A DNA stretch of 32,000 bases from an archaeon (GCA_041677685.1 JBAYPN010000007.1:1-32000); one strand, 5' to 3'; positions 7,932 through 16,724 are shown, counted from the first letter of the stretch. The notes: generated from the sequence alone by a model not told the origin. Numbers and translations: made by a program.

Positions 7932-9809
7932 TTATTTATTTGGGTTATCAGAAATTACAAAGCTATCATTATAATAATTATTTTTTAAAGAGTTGTGTAT
8001 TTTTTGTTTAATTATCTCTTCTTTTGGTTTTTCTGGTTTTTTTGGTTTTAAGATTATTATTAAAAATATTATTATGAAAAAAACACCTATTATTATATAT
8101 ATTAAAATATTATTTATTTTAGGTTTATCACTTGCATCTTCAATTTCTTCTTTAAAATCTTTCCAAACATCATTACCATCCTCAACAGGAAGATTTTGAT
8201 TATTTCCAACAACTAAATTTTCTTTTTCATAATTTTCGTCTACAACAATTTTGTCTGAATAGATTGTGATCTTATTTTCATAATCATAATCTCCTGATAT
8301 CTTATAACTAAAAAAACCTTCTAAAAAAGAACCTATTTCCTTTTCAAAATTAATAATTTTATTAGGCTCTATGTCAACTGTCTGGTTAGACACCTCATTG
8401 TTGATATTAAAATCAAAAATTAAATTTTTATTTTCAAGAGTATGATTGATTATGTCTTGCTCCATAAATAAAGAATTGTCTTTAAAATAAAAAATTGGGT
8501 CTAAGATAAAAAAAGCATCCTCATAAAGACCTTGATCAGGATACACATTTACAGAACCCTCAAAGTCCTTAAATTGAGTTGCAAGAATATATGGGTAGCT
8601 TACAGGCACTTCTGTTTTTGGAAGAATATAATAATAGATTATTTCTTTTTCTTCTAATGGTCCTAAATAGATTATAACTTCATTATATTTTGGATAGATT
8701 TGTGTAAAGTTATCATTTGTTTTTAAAATTAAAAGATTAGTAATTGGATTTACATTTGTGTTTTTTACCTTAACTTTAATTGTAAAAGCACTATTTTGTT
8801 TATATTTTTTTTCAGAAACTAAATTGATGTTTAAGACGTTTGCATAACCATTATCTGAATAACTTCTTTGATCATTAATTAGAAAAGAATTATTTTTCTC
8901 TCCAAAGCTTATATCAACTGTGTTTGTTGTAGTGACTATGTCTTTAATATCACTTGCATCATATGATTTTGAGACAACAATGTGGCTTGCATCAACTAAA
9001 CCTACCTCTCCATAAGTAGGGTCAACTGGTATCCAGTCTTGCCCAGGAACATACACCTCTAACCAAGCATGTGGTTGCCAACTAAGAGTACTGTTTGCAA
9101 ATCCTGAGATATACTTTACAGGAAAGCCCCTTGCCCTAAGCAATGCTCCTGCCAAATTTGCAAGCTCATCACAAACTCCTGCCCTGTTTGACAACACTGT
9201 TAATGAGTCTTCCACGCTCTCTCCATAAGCTAAATCATACTCTATATTTTGGTGTACCCAATTGGTAATGTTTACAATTTCTTCTAAAGCATTATCACTT
9301 CTACTAATTGAATTTGCAAGAGAAATAATTTCACTTTTATCAGATTGCATGTTTTTAGTTGGGAGTTTATAATCCACAAACTCATTAATGTCATTTGAAA
9401 GATAATATTCATTTTTAGAAAAGATAATATTATTTTCTGACTTGATGTTAGAGTTTACATAAAAAATATATTTGTTTTTCTCAATTTTGGAGATATTAAA
9501 AACTGCTATGGAGTTTCCAAACTTGTCTTCTTCAATTTCAGCAAACACCTTTTGATTTAGGTCATTATAATAATATGCAGAAGTAGTTGATTTTTGATTT
9601 CTTGAACTATAAGGAACTGCCATTTTAAAATTTAGATAATTTCCCTCCTTATAACTGTTTATAATTATTGGATATTCAATGTTTATGTCAACATCGATAA
9701 CTTTGCCTTTAATTGCATCAAAATTTAAATTATTTGTTGTCTCTGCACTTATAGATAAAGGAATTATTAATAAAAGAAGGATTATTAAAAGAATTTTTTT
9801 ATACAACAT
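7932..9809 (-). CDS. Membrane-anchored extracellular transglutaminase-like (cysteine protease fold) protein
   Basis: N-terminal signal/anchor MLYKKILLIILLLLIIPLSISA. Transglutaminase core triad context is RAGVCDELANLAGALLRARGFPVKYISG ... PHAWLEVYVPGQDWIPVDPT (Cys-His-Asp). C-terminal TM segment ILIYIIIGVFFIIIFLIIIL is followed by a basic tail. Confidence 0.8.
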   Translation of the reverse strand: MLYKKILLIILLLLIIPLSISAETTNNLNFDAIKGKVIDVDINIEYPIIINSYKEGNYLNFKMAVPYSSRNQKSTTSAYYYNDLNQKVFAEIEEDKFGNSIAVFNISKIEKNKYIFYVNSNIKSENNIIFSKNEYYLSNDINEFVDYKLPTKNMQSDKSEIISLANSISRSDNALEEIVNITNWVHQNIEYDLAYGESVEDSLTVLSNRAGVCDELANLAGALLRARGFPVKYISGFANSTLSWQPHAWLEVYVPGQDWIPVDPTYGEVGLVDASHIVVSKSYDASDIKDIVTTTNTVDISFGEKNNSFLINDQRSYSDNGYANVLNINLVSEKKYKQNSAFTIKVKVKNTNVNPITNLLILKTNDNFTQIYPKYNEVIIYLGPLEEKEIIYYYILPKTEVPVSYPYILATQFKDFEGSVNVYPDQGLYEDAFFILDPIFYFKDNSLFMEQDIINHTLENKNLIFDFNINNEVSNQTVDIEPNKIINFEKEIGSFLEGFFSYKISGDYDYENKITIYSDKIVVDENYEKENLVVGNNQNLPVEDGNDVWKDFKEEIEDASDKPKINNILIYIIIGVFFIIIFLIIILKPKKPEKPKEEIIKQKIHNSLKNNYYNDSFVISDNPNK

Positions 9810-9972
9810 ACATTACTTAATAACACATAACATTTAAAAATAAAAGCAATGTAAATAATATGTATATATATATATTTTAAAATTATATAGTTATTGTGTA
9901 ATTTTATATTCTGTGTGATAACAGATATAATTTATAAAAAATATAATTTAAAAAATAAAAATAAGGTCAAAT

Positions 9973-10620
9973 ATGGATAGAGGTAAACTTACATATATTC
10001 TTCTAATAGGAATTATTTTAATATCAATAATTTTAGCAATAGTTGCTTATCCTAAATTACCTGCAAAAATAGCATCCCATTGGAACCAAAAGGGAATTGT
10101 TGATGACTATATGCCAAAAGCAGTTGGGGTCTTTTTAGTTCCATTTATTTTAATTATTTTATTTTTATTTTATCTAGTTATTCCAAAGGTTGACCCACTA
10201 AAGAAAAACATAATTAAATTTAAATTACAATTTGATAATTTTATAGTTTTGCTTTTTTTGTTTATGTTATATATTTTAGTATTATTAATCTTATATAATC
10301 TAGGAGTAATTTTTAATTTCTCTAAGTTTATGATTCCTGCCTTTGCTGTAATTGTTTATTCTGCTGGAATACTTATTAAGAAATCTAAAAGGAATTGGTT
10401 TATTGGAATTAAGACACCTTGGACTTTACATAATGATATGGTTTGGAATAAAACACATAGGCTTGCAAGTATTTTGTTTAAGGTTTCAGGAATTATTATC
10501 TTTATTGGTTTATTCTTATATGAGTATGCATATTCTTTCTTTTTCTTAACTATTATTTTAGCTACAATAGTTCCAATCATCTATTCTTATGTTCTATATT
10601 ATAAAATTGAAAATAAATAG
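9973..10620 (+). CDS. SdpI/YhfL-family membrane protein with an N-terminal DUF1648 region
   Basis: Polytopic. PAKIASHWNQKGIVDDYMPK resembles DUF1648, and KRNWFIGIKTPWTLHNDMVWNKTHR resembles the SdpI motif (N.. GIRTPWTL...W..THR). Recognised from memory of the family signatures. Confidence 0.65.
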   Translation: MDRGKLTYILLIGIILISIILAIVAYPKLPAKIASHWNQKGIVDDYMPKAVGVFLVPFILIILFLFYLVIPKVDPLKKNIIKFKLQFDNFIVLLFLFMLYILVLLILYNLGVIFNFSKFMIPAFAVIVYSAGILIKKSKRNWFIGIKTPWTLHNDMVWNKTHRLASILFKVSGIIIFIGLFLYEYAYSFFFLTIILATIVPIIYSYVLYYKIENK

Positions 10621-10623
10621 GAG

Positions 10624-10696
10624 TGGTCCTGGACGGGTTCGAACCGTCGATCCTCGCCTTGTAAGGGCGATATCATAACCACTAGACCACAGGACC
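10624..10696 (-). tRNA. tRNA-Val (anticodon TAC)
   Basis: Minus-strand sequence is GGTCCTGTGGTCTAGTGGTTATGATATCGCCCTTACAAGGCGAGGATCGACGGTTCGAACCCGTCCAGGACCA. It has acceptor GGTCCTG/CAGGACC, anticodon stem TCGCC/GGCGA with loop CTTACAA, and T arm GACGG-TTCGAAC-CCGTC. Confidence 0.9.
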
Positions 10697-10912
10697 AATA
10701 TCTTTTTGTAAATTTAAAAAAAGACATCTAATAAAGATTTATGAAAGAAAAGAAATAAAAAGGTTATTGCTGTTTTTTTAAAAGAGAAGTTATAAGATTT
10801 ATTATTTATAAATCTAAAAACTTAAAATTATAGGTTTTTTGTAATCAAAAAGAAAAGTAAAAGATATGAAAATATTTATAAATAGTTATTAGTATTAATA
10901 TATAAGTTATGT

Positions 10913-11104
10913 GGGGACATAGGGTAGTCCGGTCTAGCCTAACAGGCTCCAGACATCACATTTCCTATAAAGCAAGATGCTTTTTAAAAGCAGATGATTG
11001 AAAGATAAACAAGTTTGTTTAATTTAAATTTTTTTAGAAGAATTTAAAATTAAAGGGAATTTGGGAGAAACTTGTTGACCCGGGTTCAAATCCCGGTGTC
11101 CCCA
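10913..11104 (+). tRNA. tRNA-Trp (anticodon CCA) interrupted by a 117-nt intron at the canonical 37/38 position
   Basis: The 5' exon is GGGGACATAGGGTAGTCCGGTCTAGCCTAACAGGCTCCAG (10913-10952). The 3' exon is ACTTGTTGACCCGGGTTCAAATCCCGGTGTCCCCA (11070-11104). Acceptor is GGGGACA/TGTCCCC, anticodon stem ACAGG/CTTGT, T arm CCGGG-TTCAAAT-CCCGG, and the CCA anticodon is at 10949-10951. Confidence 0.85.
10953..11069 (+). other. tRNA-Trp intron (bulge-helix-bulge type)
   Basis: A 4-bp central helix forms between C32-U-C-C35 (10947-10950) and GGAG (11064-11067). It is flanked by 3-nt bulges, AG|A at the 5' splice site and AA|A at the 3' splice site. An outer helix AUUUCC (10959-10964) / GGGAAU (11055-11060) is possible. 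There is an internal hairpin AAAGCA-AGA-UGCUUU at 10969-10983. Confidence 0.75.
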
Positions 11105-11108
11105 TAAC

Positions 11109-11128
11109 TTTTTTAAAAAATCTTTTTT
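11109..11128 (+). terminator. Oligo-T tract pair downstream of tRNA-Trp
   Basis: T6 at 11109-11114 and T6 at 11123-11128, immediately after the tRNA 3' end. Archaeal RNA polymerase typically terminates at oligo-T. In this AT-rich DNA such tracts are weakly specific. Confidence 0.35.
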
Positions 11129-11273
11129 ACAAATAAAAAATAATTTTCTTTTTCTAAATAATATAGATTATAAAGACTATAATTAGATTATAGATTAACA
11201 AGTATTTATTTATAAAAATAGATTGATAATCATTAAATATTTTAAAAAAAATAAAAAAAGAAAAAATGTAAAA

Positions 11274-11828
11274 TTAAAAAGAAACTTTTACATTCTTTTT
11301 TTCTACATCTGGTGTTTCTAAGAAAGTTTTTTCCTTAAAACCTAACATGTTTGCAATAACATTTGTTGGAAACATCTCAACCTTGTTATTGAATGTCATT
11401 ACAGAATCATTATAGAATTGTCTTGAGTATGCAATCTTATTCTCAATTCCTGATAATTCTTCTTGAAGCATTAAGAAATTTTGACTTGCTTTTAGATCTG
11501 GATAATTTTCAACTACAACATTTAATGATCCTAAAGCTTTTGATAGTTCATTATTTGCTTTAATTTTTAAATCTTGATCTTTTGCATTCATTGCTTGATT
11601 TCTTAGTTCTGTAATTTTTGTTAATGTTTGTTGCTCGTGTTTCATATAACCTTTAACAGTCTCAATTAAGTTTGGAACTAAATCATATCTCTTCTTTAAC
11701 TGAACATCTATTTGGCTCCATGCATTTTTCACTCTATTTTTTGCAATAATTAAGCTGTTATAGATTCCAAAGATTATAAACAACAAAAAAACAACTATTA
11801 TAATTAAAACAACAATTAATATAGCCAT
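11274..11828 (-). CDS. lemA: LemA family membrane protein
   Basis: N-terminal TM segment, then NAWSQIDVQLKKRYDLVPNLIETVKGYMKHEQQTL..I...R, which is the characteristic LemA block. Confidence 0.85.
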   Translation of the reverse strand: MAILIVVLIIIVVFLLFIIFGIYNSLIIAKNRVKNAWSQIDVQLKKRYDLVPNLIETVKGYMKHEQQTLTKITELRNQAMNAKDQDLKIKANNELSKALGSLNVVVENYPDLKASQNFLMLQEELSGIENKIAYSRQFYNDSVMTFNNKVEMFPTNVIANMLGFKEKTFLETPDVEKKNVKVSF

Positions 11829-11897
11829 TTTTCTACCCCCTAAATTTTAAATAACTCTTAATTATAATATAGTAGTTAGAAATAAATAAAAAGCAAT

Positions 11898-12179
11898 CTA
11901 TTTTCTTACAAAACAATCTTCTGGACAATTGTACGGATTTTCTCCAGCCCTATAGTCACAAGTCCCATCCCCACAATAGCAAGATGCTAAATAAGAACTA
12001 AATAGATTGTGATAATAGTTATTAAAATCAATCCTTTTATAATCAATTTTTATATAATCAATTTTTATATTTTTATTGAAATTATTAGTTTCTTTTGAAT
12101 CAACAGGATTTAAAACAGAAATAAATATCAAAAATAATATTATTGCCAGAAATAAATACCCTAAATTTTTTTTAACCAT
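11898..12179 (-). CDS. Small secreted/anchored protein with a C-terminal Cys-rich module
   Basis: Signal/TM segment YLFLAIILFLIFISVLN. C-terminus is CYCGDGTCDYRAGENPYNCPEDC. GGTGG Shine-Dalgarno motif lies 8 nt before the ATG. Internal tandem KIDY repeat. Confidence 0.55.
   Translation of the reverse strand: MVKKNLGYLFLAIILFLIFISVLNPVDSKETNNFNKNIKIDYIKIDYKRIDFNNYYHNLFSSYLASCYCGDGTCDYRAGENPYNCPEDCFVRK
12039..12068. repeat. Perfect 15-bp tandem duplication (ataatcaatttttat x2) inside the small secreted-protein gene
   Basis: Read directly: 12039-12053 is identical to 12054-12068. It encodes the IKIDY-IKIDY duplication. Confidence 0.9.
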
Positions 12180-12474
12180 ATATAACCCACCTGTAATGTT
12201 TACTTTTATATTTTCTACACAAAAAAAGATTTTTTATTTTAAGTTAAATATAATGTTACAAATTGTTTATAAAGTAAACTAGCTGTTTTAAACATAAAAA
12301 CAAGAAGTTAAAAAAATATAACAAAAGATCAAGTTAAAATTAAAAAAAACAAAAAATTAAATTTAAAGGAAAATAAATTTAAAAAGAGGTGTCCAACAAA
12401 TAATGTGAGAGGTGGGCGTAAATTTTTAAAAAATGAATTCTAAAAAGAAGAAATAAAATAAGAAAAAAGAAAAG

Positions 12475-14898
12475 TTACTTCTTCTTTTCAGAAGAACTAA
12501 CAATAGGGATTGTCTTAATTACACTGTCTGGGTTTAAGCTAATAGACTCAATTCCTTCCTTTACCAAAAACCTTGTAAATTCAGGATAGTCACTTGGAGC
12601 TTGACCACAAATACCAATATATTTCTTTTTCTTTTTTGCTACCTTAATTACATTTGAAATTAATAATTTAACAGCTTCATTTCTTTCATCATAGATGTTT
12701 GTTAAAAGTTCTGAATTTCTATCAAGACCTAAGGTAAGCTGGGTAAGATCGTTACTACCAATTGAAAACCCATCAAAGAGATCTAAAAACTTGTCAGCTA
12801 ACAAAACATTTGAAGGAATCTCACACATACAAATTATTTTTAAACCATTTTCCTTTTGTTTTAAGCCATTTTTTTTCAATTCCAAAATCACTAACTTTGC
12901 TTCCTCTATGGTCCTACAGAAAGGTACCATAATCTCAACATTAGTCAAACCAAATTTATTTCTTACTCTTTTAATTGCATCACACTCTAGTTTAAAACCG
13001 GCTCTGTAGTTTCCTTGATAATATCTAGAAGCTCCACGCCAACCAATCATTGGATTTGATTCAACTGGTTCATATTCTTTTCCACCTATCAAGTTTGCAT
13101 ACTCATCTGACTTAAAATCAGACAATCTTAAGATAACTTTTTTTGGATAGAAGGCAGCTGCAATTCTTGAAATTCCTTGCGATAACTTGTCAACAAAATA
13201 TTCTTTCTTGTTATCATACCCAACAGTTAAATCATCTATTTTCTTTTTAATAGATCTGTCTGTTATCTTATTATAGTTGATTAATGCTAGAGGATGTATC
13301 TTTATCCAAGAGTTAATAATAAACTCCTCTCTTGCAAGACCAACACCATCATTTGGTAAGAAAGATTGTTCAAATGCAATTTCTGGATTTCCAATATTTA
13401 ACATAATTTTTGTTTTTGTTTTTGGAAGAACTCCTACTTTAGTTACCTCTTTTTTAAATTTTAATAAACCATCATAGATATATCCAGCATCTCCTGAGGA
13501 ACAATCCATTGTTATTATTTGTTTATTTTTTAACTTGCTTGTTGCATCAATTGTTCCAACAATACAAGGGATATTTAATTCTCTTGCAATTATTGCAGCA
13601 TGGCAAGTTCTTCCACCTCTGTTAGTAATAATCCCTGAAGCAATTTTCATAATTGGTTCCCAATCAGGATCTGTCATCTCTGTAACCAAGATGTCACCTT
13701 TTACAAACTCAGTAATATTTTTAGAATCTTTTATAATATTTACTTTTGCTGAAGAGATCTGTTGACCAACACTTATTCCTTGAACAATTGGTTCTTTTTC
13801 TTCTAGAAGTGTAAAGGTAACTGTCTCATTTCTTTTTCTTTGTGATTGTACAGTTTCTGGTCTTGCTTGAACAATGTACATCTTGTTAGTCACACCATCT
13901 ACTGCCCACTCCATATCCATTGGCTTATAATAACCTGCTTTTTTAGAATAGTGATCTTCAATAATGCAGGCCCACTTTGCTAATTGAGTTATTTGTTTTT
14001 CATTCAAACAAAATTGATTTCTTAAAGAGATATCAACTGGTACATTCTTAATTGTTGCTTTACTTCCTTCCTTCTCATATATCATCTTAATTGATTTTGA
14101 ACCTAACTTTTTAGAGATGATTGGAACTTTTCCTTTTTGATGTAAAGTTGGTTTAAAAACTAAAAATTCATCTGGGTTAACTGCTCCTTGCACAACATTT
14201 TCTCCAAGACCATAAGCTGCATTAATTAACACAACATTATTAAAACCAGTCTCTGTGTCTATTGAAAACATAACTCCTGAGGTTGCAAGATCACTTCTTA
14301 CCATCTTCTGAACAGTAATTGAGAGGGCTACTTTAAAATGATTATAATTCCTATGTTGTCTGTAGGAAATTGCTCTGTTTGTGAAAAGAGAAGCAAAGCA
14401 TTTTCTACAAGCATCAATTAATTGTTCAGGACCTTTAATATTTAAGTAGGTTTCTTGTTGTCCAGCAAAAGAGGCATCTGGTAAATCCTCTGCTGTTGCT
14501 GAAGATCTTACAGCTACATCTAGTTCTTTAACATTCTCTAATTTAGATAATTTATAATAACTTTCAATTATTTCTTTTTCTAGATCCTTTGGAAATTCTG
14601 CATGCCTAATAAGTCTTCTAACCTCTTCTCCTTTTTGAGCAAGTTGTGGTAAATTGGAAGTGTCCAAGTTTTTAAGTATTCTTTTAATTTCTTCTTCAAT
14701 TCCTGATTTTTTTAAAAGATAAACATAAGAGTAAGCAGTTACTGAAAAGCCATTTGGAATAGGGACTCCTTTTTTGGTTAGATTTTTATACATTTCACCT
14801 AAGGATGCATTCTTTCCACCAACTAAAGGGACATCTTCAATTCCTGTTTCTTTAAACCAAAGTATAAATTTTTTATCTCTACTTACATTTGCACACAT
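12475..14898 (-). CDS. ppsA: Phosphoenolpyruvate synthase (pyruvate, water dikinase)
   Basis: 807 aa. N-terminal VPLVGGKNASLGEM, the phosphohistidine swivel motif GGRTCHAAIIARELNIPCIVG, and the C-terminal PEP-utilising TIM barrel (GSNDLTQLTLGLDR). GAGGA Shine-Dalgarno motif lies upstream. Confidence 0.93.
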   Translation of the reverse strand: MCANVSRDKKFILWFKETGIEDVPLVGGKNASLGEMYKNLTKKGVPIPNGFSVTAYSYVYLLKKSGIEEEIKRILKNLDTSNLPQLAQKGEEVRRLIRHAEFPKDLEKEIIESYYKLSKLENVKELDVAVRSSATAEDLPDASFAGQQETYLNIKGPEQLIDACRKCFASLFTNRAISYRQHRNYNHFKVALSITVQKMVRSDLATSGVMFSIDTETGFNNVVLINAAYGLGENVVQGAVNPDEFLVFKPTLHQKGKVPIISKKLGSKSIKMIYEKEGSKATIKNVPVDISLRNQFCLNEKQITQLAKWACIIEDHYSKKAGYYKPMDMEWAVDGVTNKMYIVQARPETVQSQRKRNETVTFTLLEEKEPIVQGISVGQQISSAKVNIIKDSKNITEFVKGDILVTEMTDPDWEPIMKIASGIITNRGGRTCHAAIIARELNIPCIVGTIDATSKLKNKQIITMDCSSGDAGYIYDGLLKFKKEVTKVGVLPKTKTKIMLNIGNPEIAFEQSFLPNDGVGLAREEFIINSWIKIHPLALINYNKITDRSIKKKIDDLTVGYDNKKEYFVDKLSQGISRIAAAFYPKKVILRLSDFKSDEYANLIGGKEYEPVESNPMIGWRGASRYYQGNYRAGFKLECDAIKRVRNKFGLTNVEIMVPFCRTIEEAKLVILELKKNGLKQKENGLKIICMCEIPSNVLLADKFLDLFDGFSIGSNDLTQLTLGLDRNSELLTNIYDERNEAVKLLISNVIKVAKKKKKYIGICGQAPSDYPEFTRFLVKEGIESISLNPDSVIKTIPIVSSSEKKK

Positions 14899-15039
14899 AT
14901 AGGTTTCCTCTTTTTTATTTTTTTAAATTTTTTTAATTTTAATATTTTTGTTTACTAAATTATATAATAGATCATAATATATGTTGTCTAACACATATAA
15001 AAGAGTTTTGTTTTAAATTAAAATTAAAAGCAAAATAAT

Positions 15040-15894
15040 TTAAATAATTTCTTTTAAAAGCTCTAAGACTTGATCAAAAGTTCCATCATTAGTTATTACT
15101 ATATCAAATTTATCTTTATAAATCTCTAATCTTTCATTTATATTTTCATTTAAAAAACCAATTGAAACAAACTCATTATGATTTAAACCAAAAGACATAT
15201 TTAGATCTTCTAAAGAATCACCTAAAAGGATAATATTTTTTCTATCTTTTATTTTATTGTAATATGGGATTTCTTTTATCTCATTTCCATTTTTATTTAA
15301 CATATGAATTATCTTATTACCCTTATACATTGGTTTTGCAAAACCATTTTTATCCCAATCAAAAAAATTAGAAATTATAAACATATTTGAGAATAGCAGT
15401 TTTTTCTTTTCTAAAAAACCAGAAATAATTTGCCCAATTCCTGATGAGAAAATTAATATTGGAATATTATTTTCAGAAAGAAATTTTAAAAAGTTAGATA
15501 CATTTTCTCGCAATTGAATATTATCTTTAGATAAAATATCCTTAATTACTGATTTATGCATTTTGCATTCTGATAATAATTCAACATGGTTCTTCCACCA
15601 TTCCAACATCTTAGCACTTTTTTTATCAAAAGGCAAATTTAAATCCATTTCAAATTTATGAAACCTATCATACAATTGGTTCGCTCTTTTTGGATAATCT
15701 AATTCTAAATAATTTCCATCTCTTATTAAAGATATTGCAGATTTAAATTTTCCTGATTTTAAATTAAATTTATTTAATGTTTTATCAAAATCTGAAATGA
15801 TGTGTAAATTATTAATTCCCTCTTCTTTTATTTTTTTTAATTTTAAATTTAAAAGAGCCCCGTCTTTAATATAAACATTTTCTAAAATATTCAT
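15040..15894 (-). CDS. HAD-superfamily pyrimidine 5'-nucleotidase of the eukaryote-type cN-III/UMPH-1 family
   Basis: HIISDFDKTL (DxDxT motif), IPILIFSSGIGQIISGF, NIILLGDSLEDLNMSFG and IGFLNENINERLEIYKDKFDIVITNDGTFD align block by block with my recollection of human NT5C3 ([70 protein letters not shown]). Confidence 0.75.
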   Translation of the reverse strand: MNILENVYIKDGALLNLKLKKIKEEGINNLHIISDFDKTLNKFNLKSGKFKSAISLIRDGNYLELDYPKRANQLYDRFHKFEMDLNLPFDKKSAKMLEWWKNHVELLSECKMHKSVIKDILSKDNIQLRENVSNFLKFLSENNIPILIFSSGIGQIISGFLEKKKLLFSNMFIISNFFDWDKNGFAKPMYKGNKIIHMLNKNGNEIKEIPYYNKIKDRKNIILLGDSLEDLNMSFGLNHNEFVSIGFLNENINERLEIYKDKFDIVITNDGTFDQVLELLKEII

Positions 15895-15899
15895 TTATT

Positions 15900-16724
15900 T
15901 CACTTTTTAAAATTATTTTTAAAAAAATCATATCTTTTTGAAGATTTGTTTTTTGAAGATTTATAATAAATTGCACCAGTTGGACAGAAATTATAACACC
16001 TTGTACACAACACACAATTGTTTGAAAATTTTAATTGATTTTTCTTTTTCTTAAGAATAATGTTGTTTGTTGGGCATATCCTTTCACATAGCCCACATTG
16101 AATACATTTTTTAGAATCAAAATTCCATTTGTGTTTTTTAATATAAAATTTATTAAAAAACTTATAAATTATCAAATAACCCCAAATTAAGAAAATAAAA
16201 TTTTTAACTTCTTCTTTATTATCATCAATAATATTTTTAAAATCTTTTTCAATCTTTAAATCTGTTTTTGAAATTATTTCTTTTATTTTATCTTCAGAAA
16301 TTTCTTCCTTTCCAAATAACCCATTACAGTTTGAAGGCATAAGATATTTATATGAACCTCTATAATCATAATTTTTACTAGTCAATATATTCTTAATACT
16401 AAAAAAAGTTGCACCAACAGTCTTTTCACAAGTTGCAAAAACAAAAAAAGGTTTTTTTTCAACAACTGGTAATATCTTTAAAAACTCTAAAACAAATAAA
16501 GGTGGATTAAAAGAATAAACAGGACATCCAACAATCACAAAATCATAATCAGATAAAGATGGTGTTATAAAGATATCTGAAATTATTTTTAAATCCACAG
16601 ATATGTTTTTCTTTTTAAACAGTTCTTTATATTTTCTAGATACATACTCAGTGTTACCTGTTCCTGAGAAATAGAAAAAAACACCCTTTTTTAAATTTTC
16701 TTTTTTGAATAAAAAATCAACCAT
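15900..16724 (-). CDS. EFR1-type protein: flavodoxin-like domain fused to a 2x[4Fe-4S] ferredoxin domain
   Basis: N-terminal FYFSGTGNTEYV (flavodoxin-like). C-terminal CIQCGLCERICP and CVLCTRCYNFCP (two CxxCxxCxxxCP motifs). Only a 5-nt gap separates it from the downstream nucleotidase gene. Confidence 0.7.
   Translation of the reverse strand: MVDFLFKKENLKKGVFFYFSGTGNTEYVSRKYKELFKKKNISVDLKIISDIFITPSLSDYDFVIVGCPVYSFNPPLFVLEFLKILPVVEKKPFFVFATCEKTVGATFFSIKNILTSKNYDYRGSYKYLMPSNCNGLFGKEEISEDKIKEIISKTDLKIEKDFKNIIDDNKEEVKNFIFLIWGYLIIYKFFNKFYIKKHKWNFDSKKCIQCGLCERICPTNNIILKKKKNQLKFSNNCVLCTRCYNFCPTGAIYYKSSKNKSSKRYDFFKNNFKK

Noticed and set aside
10953-11069. A canonical box C/D guide RNA inside the tRNA-Trp intron, as in Haloferax.
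   Set aside because: There is only a degenerate C-like AGAUGAUUGA. No CUGA D or D' box is present anywhere in the intron. The AACAAGUU complementarity is not positioned 5 nt upstream of a D box. It is kept as an open question in the findings and not annotated as an sRNA.
12385-12425. A relatively GC-rich patch with two GAGGTG motifs (gaggtgtccaacaaataatgtgagaggtgggcg) between ppsA and the small secreted-protein gene. I considered it as a small RNA or as SD sites for a micro-ORF.
   Set aside because: I could find no convincing stem-loop. The only downstream ORFs are 1-7 codons long, and spacing to the ATGs is wrong. There is not enough evidence to call anything.
12695-13765. Plus-strand ORFs 12695..13009, 13277..13477 and 13535..13765. 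The same reasoning covers 7993..8199, 10352..10580, 12076..12282, 17358..17591, 18394..18661, 20336..20608 and 24275..24457.
   Set aside because: They overlap well-supported genes (ppsA, the transglutaminase-like gene, the SdpI-like gene, xpd, the membrane protein, the MFS gene) on the opposite strand or in another frame, and have no independent support.
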